From Bacillota bacterium (GTDB taxonomy: Bacteria > Bacillota > Clostridia > Acetivibrionales > JAKOSZ01), in assembly GCA_029776555.1 (NCBI GenBank), contig JAKOSZ010000140.1, positions 1 to 25,009 on the forward strand: a stretch of DNA of 25,009 nucleotides, given 5' to 3'. Each line of letters starts with the position of its first letter. Position 1 is the first letter of the stretch. Of the stretch, positions 17,926-25,009 are shown in pieces. The position numbers were made by a program, and so were the translations under genes. Under the pieces are notes generated by a model. It saw only the letters and a program-made list of their open reading frames with translations, was not told the origin of the DNA and searched no databases.

Positions 17926-18060
17926 TTGGGCAAAAACAGCAGGAAGAAAAAGAAGGAGCCTAAAACCCACAACGACCAGCTGGGGGAGAATGCCTCGGTA
18001 GAGTTTGCCGAAAGCTATGATAACAAGGGGCCGAAAGCCTGTAAAAGGGGCAGGAAGTAG
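17926..18060 (+). CDS. Small basic protein B (44 aa, TTG start), not in ORF track
   Basis: AGGAGGTGA RBS 5 nt before TTG. MGKNSRKKKKEPKTHNDQLGENASVEFAESYDNKGPKACKRGRK, followed by a terminator. Confidence 0.68.
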   Translation: MGKNSRKKKKEPKTHNDQLGENASVEFAESYDNKGPKACKRGRK

Positions 18061-18095
18061 CTGGCGGATTTAAGTCATGGAAAGTAAAGAACATG

Positions 18096-18126
18096 AAAGG
18101 TTCCGCAAGATGGGCGGGACCTTTTT
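18096..18126 (+). terminator. Intrinsic terminator after the two small ORFs
   Basis: AAAGGTTCCGC / GCGGGACCTTT stem ending in a T-run. Confidence 0.65.
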
Positions 18127-18259
18127 CCTTGAAACAAGCGCATTTGCCCATATTTCAGCGCATGGCGGCTTATTCCCACAGGGCATCTTCTTGAGTTTAT
18201 TGCTGCGGCGAAGCATTTCCGGCTTTTTGTCTCGCTGTGTCATAATTTGTTTTTTTCTG

Positions 18260-18288
18260 TTGACAGTGAATTTGGGGTATGCTATACT
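18260..18288 (+). promoter_or_regulatory. Strong sigma-A promoter of the PTS cluster
   Basis: TTGACA (18260-18265), 17 nt spacer, TG-n extension, TATACT (18283-18288). Confidence 0.82.
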
Positions 18289-18294
18289 TTATAC

Positions 18295-18310
18295 ATCATA
18301 ACGTTATAAT
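18295..18310. promoter_or_regulatory. Candidate GntR-family operator overlapping the transcription start
   Basis: ATCATAACGTTATAAT, with a perfect 10-bp palindromic core ATAACGTTAT (18298-18307) immediately downstream of the -10 box. A GntR gene lies in the same cluster. Confidence 0.5.
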
Positions 18311-18554
18311 ATTTAAGATTATCTTTTGATGGGGGGATGCAGGGAGAAAGTTTCATGATATGTCAATCAAGATCGCAATAGTCAAAGACGTCGCACCGTT
18401 TCCCATGATGTAAAAGCTAAGTTAAACCAGGAATGAGACAAAGCGACTATAACAGAAGTCTATATGCAGGTCTTTGTCTATGATTATCAGGGGTCCACAT
18501 CTCAGGGGAAAGGGAGGGTCATGTGTCTATACGAAAGGAGGGTTGCGGGATTTT

Positions 18555-18875
18555 ATGAAAAAGATTATTGGAGTGGTAGCCTGCCCGGCCGGTATTGCAC
18601 ACACTTACATGGCGGCTGAAATGCTTGAAAAGGTCGGGAAGAAATTGGGTTATGCAGTAAAGATTGAAACCAATGGCGCTTCAGGAGTGGAAAACAGGCT
18701 TACTAAAAAAGATATTGAAGAAGCAGATGTTGTTATAGTTGCTGCGGATACTGCTGTCGAAATGGAAAGGTTTCGAGGTAAGCCCATGATAGAGGCATCT
18801 GTAGGAGACGCAATAAAGAAGGCTGAAAAAATATTCGCCAGGATACAAAACGGTGAGCTTAAGATTTATGGTTAG
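18555..18875 (+). CDS. PTS fructose/mannose (Fru family) EIIB component
   Basis: VVACPAGIAHTYMAAE (phosphorylated Cys) and KIETNGASG motifs. ATG 18555. Confidence 0.93.
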   Translation: MKKIIGVVACPAGIAHTYMAAEMLEKVGKKLGYAVKIETNGASGVENRLTKKDIEEADVVIVAADTAVEMERFRGKPMIEASVGDAIKKAEKIFARIQNGELKIYG

Positions 18876-19006
18876 GTTGGTGACCGCAGACCGGATATTC
18901 CAGCGCATGCAGCAAGACTTTCAGGAGAAATTACTGTACTTCAGGTTAATCTATAAACTTTGGCGGTTTTCGGAAAGATTTTCTATCATATGTGGGGGTG
19001 AAAAAA

Positions 19007-20059
19007 TTGAGTAGGAAAATTGGTTTATACAAGCATGTCATGACCGGTGTATCGTATTTTTTACCTGTTGTAGTAGCTGGTGGAATGCTGATTGCATTTG
19101 CTTTCCTGTTTGATGCCCCAAACGCAGGTACGGCAACATACGGTTCAACTAATGCGGTATCAGCCTGGCTGCTGAAGATCGGAACAAACGCCTTTTCCTT
19201 TATGCTTCCTGTTCTAACTGCTTATCTCGCGTACTCCATTGCCGATAGGGCGGCTTTGGCCCCTGGCTTTGTTGTTGGTCTGCTTGCAAAGGATGGGGGT
19301 TCCGGATTTATAGGCGCTCTAGTCGGCGGGATTTTTGCCGGATATATGATACTCTTTTTAAAGAAGGCCACTTCTAAATTCCCAAGGACTTTTGAAGCAA
19401 CAAAAACACTGATCATCTTTCCCGTGATAGGCGTAATCATTTGCTCACTTTTGATGCTGGTTGTAAATTCAGTATGCGGGCCTATCAATACCGGCTTAAC
19501 AAGTTGGCTTAACAATATTAGCTCGACAAATAAGATCTTATTGGCAATCATATTAGGCGTTATGATCGTGCTGGACCTGGGAGGACCTATCAATAAAACT
19601 GCTTACTTCTTCTCCGTTGCCTCTTTGACGGCTGCGGACGGTTCCGCGGTGGCGTCGCCGATTATGGGGGCTGTTGCTGCGGCAGGTGTGACAATAAGTA
19701 CGGGATGCGCACTTGCAACTACACTATTCCCCAAGAAGTTCAGCCCTGAACTCAGAGAAGCAGGTAAAGCGGCGTATGTCATGGGTTTAAGTTTTATATG
19801 CGAAGGTGCTATCCCATTTGCGATTGCAAAGCCCAAGCAAGTGTATCCCGCTATGATCCTGGGTTCTGTGGTAACATGCGTACTGGCAACTATTTTTAAG
19901 ATAACCATACCCGCACCAATCGGTGGAGTTTTCACAATCCCCCTTGTGAATAACATTCCTCTGTACCTGCTTTCCATTGTCATTGGGATCCTGGTTTCGG
20001 CTTTCACTATAGGATTCCTGATAAAAGAGGATTACAAACCCGAAGAAGAAGAAGATTAA
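19007..20059 (+). CDS. PTS Fru-family EIIC permease
   Basis: KHVMTGVSYFLPVVVAGG, SIADRAALAPG, DLGGPINK and EGAIPF motifs with many TM segments. The start is uncertain (GTG 18992, GTG 18998 or TTG 19007). Confidence 0.93.
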   Translation: MSRKIGLYKHVMTGVSYFLPVVVAGGMLIAFAFLFDAPNAGTATYGSTNAVSAWLLKIGTNAFSFMLPVLTAYLAYSIADRAALAPGFVVGLLAKDGGSGFIGALVGGIFAGYMILFLKKATSKFPRTFEATKTLIIFPVIGVIICSLLMLVVNSVCGPINTGLTSWLNNISSTNKILLAIILGVMIVLDLGGPINKTAYFFSVASLTAADGSAVASPIMGAVAAAGVTISTGCALATTLFPKKFSPELREAGKAAYVMGLSFICEGAIPFAIAKPKQVYPAMILGSVVTCVLATIFKITIPAPIGGVFTIPLVNNIPLYLLSIVIGILVSAFTIGFLIKEDYKPEEEED

Positions 20060-20454
20060 TGCACGCGGCTGGCAAAAAGGAAGTCAGGTTCTATTTGTAG
20101 TGCTATTATGGTTTTGCGGAGCTTACGCAGAAGAAGGGTCTCTTGTTGAAAACCAATTGTTTTCGGGACTTGAAAAGCAACAGATGAAGAAGGTTTTAAT
20201 CCAACGGTATAGGGGTTGAAAATACCAGCTTAGGAAACAACAGACAGTATTTGTATTGGCCCAGGTATTAAACTACAGGAACGGGCAGGATTAACGGTAC
20301 GTAACCTGACAGAATCGGCAAGTCAAAAATTACTTCTATTTGCGTAAGCTCCCATGGTATTATATTACCAGGAAAAGTGACTATATTGTTCTCATTGCGT
20401 GAGTTTTGCGATTTGTGAGCGGCGGACAATAATTACCATGTAAGGAGTGGTAGT

Positions 20455-21219
20455 TTGCTGGACGTAAGTAAAGGTTCAAAACCTCTGTACATGCAGATAA
20501 AAGAATACATCAGCAACTTAATAAAAGAAGGTAAATGGAAACCAGGCGAACTTATACCATCGGAAAAAGAGCTTCAGAATATGTTCAATGTCAGCAGGAT
20601 AACTGTGAGACAGGCCATTAATGAACTGGTCAACGAGGGCGCTTTAGCCAAGAAAAGCGGCGTTGGCACAAGAGTCTTAGACCCGGTTTCCAAGGTGGAG
20701 AAATTCAGCACTATTGTCAAGGGCTTTTCCCATGAAATGCAGGAGATTGGGCAGAACCCCCAGACTTTCTACGCCAAGTTATACGTCAATATTAAACCTG
20801 ACGAAAAACTAAAGGCGATTTTTGGCGAAGAATTAAACAAGGGGAAAAAGCTGTACCGGCTTGACAGGGTGCGAGGCTATGACGGAAAAAAGATCGTCTT
20901 TTTCAAGACATTTTTGTGCACGAACATCGATCTGGAGCAAAAGTTTACAAATAAGGATTTTTCTCTATACAAGGTTTTGAGGGAGTCAGGTTTGATTCTG
21001 TCCCTGCTGGAAGAGAGAATTACAGCAAGAACCGCAGATAAAAGAATATGCAAACACTTGAACCTCTCTTCCGGCGACACCGTCCTGGTCCGGGAGCGGT
21101 TTGCCATTGACCAAAACAATGTGCTTGCCGAATACTCCATAGGTTATTATGTCCCAGAGCTCTATACTTATAAAATCAGGCTTAACCATGACTTTAGCGG
21201 CAATATTGTATTGCCATAG
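20455..21219 (+). CDS. GntR-family (HutC/UTRA) transcriptional regulator
   Basis: PLYMQI...G.LIPSEKEL...FNVSRITVRQAI..L...G.GT winged HTH and a UTRA-type C-terminus. TAAGGAG RBS and TTG start. Confidence 0.92.
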   Translation: MLDVSKGSKPLYMQIKEYISNLIKEGKWKPGELIPSEKELQNMFNVSRITVRQAINELVNEGALAKKSGVGTRVLDPVSKVEKFSTIVKGFSHEMQEIGQNPQTFYAKLYVNIKPDEKLKAIFGEELNKGKKLYRLDRVRGYDGKKIVFFKTFLCTNIDLEQKFTNKDFSLYKVLRESGLILSLLEERITARTADKRICKHLNLSSGDTVLVRERFAIDQNNVLAEYSIGYYVPELYTYKIRLNHDFSGNIVLP

Positions 21220-21298
21220 GTTAAGCTGAAAAAACGGCAAGGCTGGAGATTTCAATAGCAGCGAAGAAATCTACACACCAGGGTTTGGAGGAAAGCAT

Positions 21299-21736
21299 AT
21301 GGAACTCATTGATGAAAGTCTGATAGCATTAGACATAGAACTAAACAGTAAAGACGAGGTTATCAAGTATATATGCGATTTGATGGAAGCTAATGGCAGG
21401 TTGTTGTCCAGGGATGTTTACGTGCATGACGTTTATGAAAGAGAGAAGATATATTCAACGGCGGTGGGGCTTTCTTTTGCCATACCCCATGCCAAGTCCA
21501 GGGGCGTCAAATCTAATTCGTTGGTTTTTATCAGGCTGAAAAACGAAATAGAATGGTCCCAAGATGAAAAAGTGAAGTGCGTTTTTGGCATTGCAGTCCC
21601 TTTTGAAAATGCCGGAAATGAACATCTGGATATTCTGGCAATGCTGGCAAGGAAAATAGTGAACGATGAATTCAGGCAGAGCCTGTTCATGTCAAAATCC
21701 AAGAGGAATTGCCTGGATCTGATCTACGGCAGTTGA
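21299..21736 (+). CDS. PTS Fru/Mtl-family EIIA component
   Basis: EREK.YSTAVG..FAIPHAKS (phospho-His) and HLDILAMLARKI. Confidence 0.92.
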   Translation: MELIDESLIALDIELNSKDEVIKYICDLMEANGRLLSRDVYVHDVYEREKIYSTAVGLSFAIPHAKSRGVKSNSLVFIRLKNEIEWSQDEKVKCVFGIAVPFENAGNEHLDILAMLARKIVNDEFRQSLFMSKSKRNCLDLIYGS

Positions 21737-21765
21737 CTTATCTTTGTTTTTGAAAGGGTGTTAAT

Positions 21766-23667
21766 ATGAGCTTCATGTTTTGGCCAATAGACTATGACGA
21801 TAATACTGCAATCAATTACCCGCATATTCCCGAAAAGACCAAGGAAAAGTTAGTTTTTGGAACGGTAGAATCGGCTAAGGTGATAGCCAAGTCGGTTGTT
21901 CAGTTCATAAATGAAAGAAATAAAGGGTGCGTAATAGCGTTCGACGGTTATGTAAGCGCTCAGTTTGACGTGTTATCCAACCTGTTTCTCCAGGATGTCA
22001 GAAAGCAGGGCTATGACGTACTGTGGTATAAAATGGAAGATATGTATTTGCCCACGGAGAGAATAGACGACATGTTAAAGGAGTATCTGCCGAAAGACAG
22101 GGAGTGTGACCCTGTTAATCTGTTTGGCAAGGTTTATGACGGTTCCTTTGCCGATTTTATAGACTTTGATAAGGCAAAGGCTTTTAAAAAAGCCGCACGT
22201 TCTCTTTCAAGAAACCAGGTCCTCCTTTTGACGGGCTATGGCAGCGCTTTTAATGCTTTTGAGGATCTGCTGGATTTTATAGCTTACATCGACGTTACTC
22301 CAAAGCATGCGGCTGTCAGGGCAAGAAGCGGGCGATTAGTCAACATTGGAGACAGGGCACCGCGGCCTTTTTCGGAAATAATGCGAAGAAACTACTATGT
22401 AGACTTTGAAATAACTCTTGCGTTAAGAAAACACTTGTTGAAAAACGACTTAATAGACTTCTACATCGTGGGCAACTTCGAAAACGATTTTATACTGATG
22501 CCTGGGGAAGCCCTGTCTGATATACTGCTTCGTTTGTCAAAGTACCCCTTCCGCTGTAAACCGGTTTACCTGGAAGGAGTATGGGGTGGAGAGTTTATCC
22601 GCAAAGCGCGAAATCTGCCAAAGGATTTTAAAAACATCGCATGGTCGTATGAAATGATTGCTTTTGAGGTAAGCGTGATTGTGGATATTGACGGTAAACT
22701 TGTTGAATTCCCGTTCTCAACTTTTCTCCAAAAGTACCCTGTTGAATTGATGGGTGAAAAGTGCGCAAAGCACTTTGGGGGATATTTCCCTATCCGCTTT
22801 AATTACGACGATACTTACCACGGGAATGGGAACATGTCCATCCAGGTCCATCCCGATGAGGAGTTTATCATCAGCGAATTTAATGAAAAGGGCAGACAGG
22901 ATGAGGCATACTATGTAATTGCTACCGGACACGGCGCCAGGACATTTATCGGCTTCCGTGAAGATGCTGACCCCGATGAATTTTTAAGGCTTGTAAAACA
23001 GTCTGAAAAGGACAGAAGCACTATTGATTATTTAAAGTACATCAATTATGTTGATTCGGTGCCCGGCTGCCAGGTTATGATACCAAGTGGAACGGTTCAC
23101 GCTTCCGGGCGAAACCAACTGGTCCTGGAATTGGGTTCTTTGACAACGGGGGCATACACCTTTAAAATGTATGACTATATTCGCCAGGACTTGGATGGGA
23201 CCCTCCGTCCCATACACAGCCTGTATGCCGAAAAGGTCCTTAAAAAAGACAGGAGGACAAAGTGGGTAAAGGAGAACCTGGTCATTGAGCCAAGGCTGGT
23301 GCGTGAAGGTGAAGGCTATCGCGAAAGGATTATTGGGAGCACCGACTTAATATACTTCGAGACAAGACAAATAGAGCTTGAGACCGAGATAGAAATGCAC
23401 AATAACGGACAGTTTACGGTGCTGACGCTGGTTGATGGCGAAGAAGTCCTGGTCTACGATAAGTACAATCCTCAGCGTTGTTTCAGACAGAAATTCCTGG
23501 ACATTGTCGTAGTGCCTGCCACAATAAGCGAGTATGTTATTAAAAACCTTGGGTATCAACCTGTGGTTGTTCACAAGACAGCGTTAAAACCTGGGTATGA
23601 TTCGGTTCCTAATAGACTTAGCGGCATGCCATCGAAGGTAAAGGAGGAGTGTTCAAAAAATGATTAA
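21766..23667 (+). CDS. Class I mannose-6-phosphate-isomerase-like cupin with a ~250-aa N-terminal extra domain
   Basis: PVYLEGVWGG, SIQVHP, QDEAYY and GTVHASG carry the Q/H/E/H metal ligands of type I PMI. At 633 aa it is about twice the size of a typical bacterial ManA. Confidence 0.8.
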   Translation: MSFMFWPIDYDDNTAINYPHIPEKTKEKLVFGTVESAKVIAKSVVQFINERNKGCVIAFDGYVSAQFDVLSNLFLQDVRKQGYDVLWYKMEDMYLPTERIDDMLKEYLPKDRECDPVNLFGKVYDGSFADFIDFDKAKAFKKAARSLSRNQVLLLTGYGSAFNAFEDLLDFIAYIDVTPKHAAVRARSGRLVNIGDRAPRPFSEIMRRNYYVDFEITLALRKHLLKNDLIDFYIVGNFENDFILMPGEALSDILLRLSKYPFRCKPVYLEGVWGGEFIRKARNLPKDFKNIAWSYEMIAFEVSVIVDIDGKLVEFPFSTFLQKYPVELMGEKCAKHFGGYFPIRFNYDDTYHGNGNMSIQVHPDEEFIISEFNEKGRQDEAYYVIATGHGARTFIGFREDADPDEFLRLVKQSEKDRSTIDYLKYINYVDSVPGCQVMIPSGTVHASGRNQLVLELGSLTTGAYTFKMYDYIRQDLDGTLRPIHSLYAEKVLKKDRRTKWVKENLVIEPRLVREGEGYRERIIGSTDLIYFETRQIELETEIEMHNNGQFTVLTLVDGEEVLVYDKYNPQRCFRQKFLDIVVVPATISEYVIKNLGYQPVVVHKTALKPGYDSVPNRLSGMPSKVKEECSKND

Positions 23668-24757
23668 AAAAGCAGTGGAGACAATGAATTCAAGGGAGCG
23701 CGTCCGGCGAACCTTTGCATTTGAAAAAACCGACAGAGTGACAATAGGTTACTTAGCCCATGATGTTGCCCATGAACGCGTTTGCAGACTAATGGGGTTA
23801 GATAAAAATGATATGCTGACTTTTTTAAAAGCTCTTGGCGTTGACTATGTGGGAGCAAAACCGCGTTACATTGGAAAGCAGCTTTTTCCTGAGATTCCCA
23901 ATCGCTATGTAAACCCTGAGATAGGAGCTGTAAAGAAGTTTGTGGAAAATGAATACGGCGGATGCTGGGATTACTGTGACTATCCTTTGTTGAATGCCGA
24001 CGATGAGGAAATTTATAACTATCCGGCTCCTGATCCCGATGATTACGACTATGAGGAGTTATCCAGGTATATCGACATGGTGCTGGAGATGGGCTTTTCT
24101 GTGCATGTAGGAGATACCGGCACTGGTGATATCCTCAATACCAACGGTGTGCTCCTGGGATTTGAAAACTCTTTGGTCAACCTCGCCATGGAGCATGAGC
24201 CGACACTCCACATGACTGACAAGCGCTTAAATTCCCAGCTTGGAGTCCTTGAAAGAATTCTTGAGAAGAACAAGGGAAAAATTGATTTCATGTGGTTGGG
24301 GGAAGACCTGGGTACCCAGCGCGGCCCGACTATTGGCATGGATATGTATAAAAGGGTACTTGCGCCCAGACACCAGAAATTCATTGACCTGGCAAAAGCA
24401 TACAATATTCCTACGCAGATACACACATGCGGTTCGTCAAGCTGGGTGTATGAAGAGTTTATTAAAATGGGCATTAAGGGTGTTGACTCGCTTCAACCTG
24501 AAGCAGAAAATATGAGCCCCCGGTATTTGGTAGAACATTTTGGCGGGAGATTGAATTTCAGGGGATGCATTTCTACGGCGGGGCCTCTGGCCTTCGGAAC
24601 CCCTGCAGAGGTGGAGGAAGTCTGCAAGGAAACTTTGGAGATCATGATGGAATGCAGGGGTTATCATTTCGCTCCTACACACCGCATACAAATTAACACG
24701 CCGCCGGAAAATATAATTGCATTGTATCAGGCTGCGCACAAGTACGGTTGCTACTAA
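23660..24757 (+). CDS. URO-D/MtaA-superfamily protein (uroporphyrinogen-decarboxylase-like), not a HemE ortholog
   Basis: MNSRERV..F..EKTDRV N-terminus, GEDLGTQRG, HTCG, GVDSLQPE, FRGCIS and FAPTH.IQ.NTPPENI. It lacks the HemE MRQAGR motif. It overlaps the stop of the PMI-like gene (translational coupling). Confidence 0.85.
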   Translation: MIKKAVETMNSRERVRRTFAFEKTDRVTIGYLAHDVAHERVCRLMGLDKNDMLTFLKALGVDYVGAKPRYIGKQLFPEIPNRYVNPEIGAVKKFVENEYGGCWDYCDYPLLNADDEEIYNYPAPDPDDYDYEELSRYIDMVLEMGFSVHVGDTGTGDILNTNGVLLGFENSLVNLAMEHEPTLHMTDKRLNSQLGVLERILEKNKGKIDFMWLGEDLGTQRGPTIGMDMYKRVLAPRHQKFIDLAKAYNIPTQIHTCGSSSWVYEEFIKMGIKGVDSLQPEAENMSPRYLVEHFGGRLNFRGCISTAGPLAFGTPAEVEEVCKETLEIMMECRGYHFAPTHRIQINTPPENIIALYQAAHKYGCY

Positions 24758-24875
24758 AAAGCGTGTTTAAAAAGGTTCAGGGTTTTACCCGCGGCTGGAA
24801 GTATTTATACGGCTCCCTTTGCCTGATTATGCCTTGAGCCGTTAATGAGCACAGGAAGAGGAGGTATATGCTGAA

Positions 24876-25009
24876 ATGGTGGAGGCCAAAGCGATAATTG
24901 TGAATGAGTCAGGGATTCACGCTCGGCCGGCATCGGAATTGGTGGAATATTTAAAGGGGTTTGAGAATGCAAACGTGTCTTTTATAAAGGACGAAAGGGC
25001 TGTTAATGC
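24876..25009 (+). CDS. HPr-family phosphocarrier protein (3' truncated by window)
   Basis: MVEAKAIIVNESGIHARPASELVEYLKGFENANVSFIKDERAVNA... contains the GIHARPA His15 motif. GAGGAGG RBS upstream. Not in ORF track. Confidence 0.88.
   Translation, partial: MVEAKAIIVNESGIHARPASELVEYLKGFENANVSFIKDERAVN

Noticed and set aside
18436-18479. BglG/LicT RAT antiterminator in the PTS leader
   Set aside because: There is no GGATTGTTACTG...GCAGGCAA-like consensus or U-tract, and the local regulator is GntR, not a PRD protein.
20413-20429. lacO/cre-like sequence TTGTGAGCGGCGGACAA upstream of gntR
   Set aside because: The right half does not fit either consensus; probably chance.
23660-24757. Calling this gene hemE
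   Set aside because: It lacks the HemE signature, has a metal-type HxC motif, and there are no tetrapyrrole genes nearby.
18130-25009. Calling the PTS cluster a mobile element
   Set aside because: No integrase, transposase, tRNA target or terminal repeats are visible; only a compositional hint.

Overview
Bacterial chromosome window from a low/mid-GC Firmicute, most likely a Clostridia member of the Acetivibrio/Hungateiclostridium-like group (inferred from gene content and order). Bases 1-18,130 are a rearranged version of the conserved mcsB-clpC-radA-(disA)-yacL-ispD-ispF neighbourhood. The order is mcsB (3' end), clpC, two convergent paralogous GT2 glycosyltransferases, a GH15 hydrolase, radA, a Cys-rich MazG-like protein, carD, PIN/TRAM yacL, ispD interrupted by one in-frame TAG, a 31-aa membrane peptide, an inverted and divergent ispF, proS behind a T-box-like attenuator with a non-canonical bulge, an SH3-CAP secreted protein, an Rlu pseudouridine synthase, and two small ORFs that share a motif and are missed by the ORF track. 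From about 18,250 to the end is a lower-GC sugar-utilisation cluster: fructose-family PTS IIB, IIC and IIA, a GntR/UTRA regulator with a candidate operator, a 633-aa phosphomannose-isomerase-like fusion protein, a URO-D/methyltransferase-fold protein and its own HPr (cut by the window edge). This cluster is the best candidate for an undescribed pathway. No rRNA, tRNA, CRISPR array, transposase or integrase was seen. All family assignments come from motif recognition by eye, not database searches.
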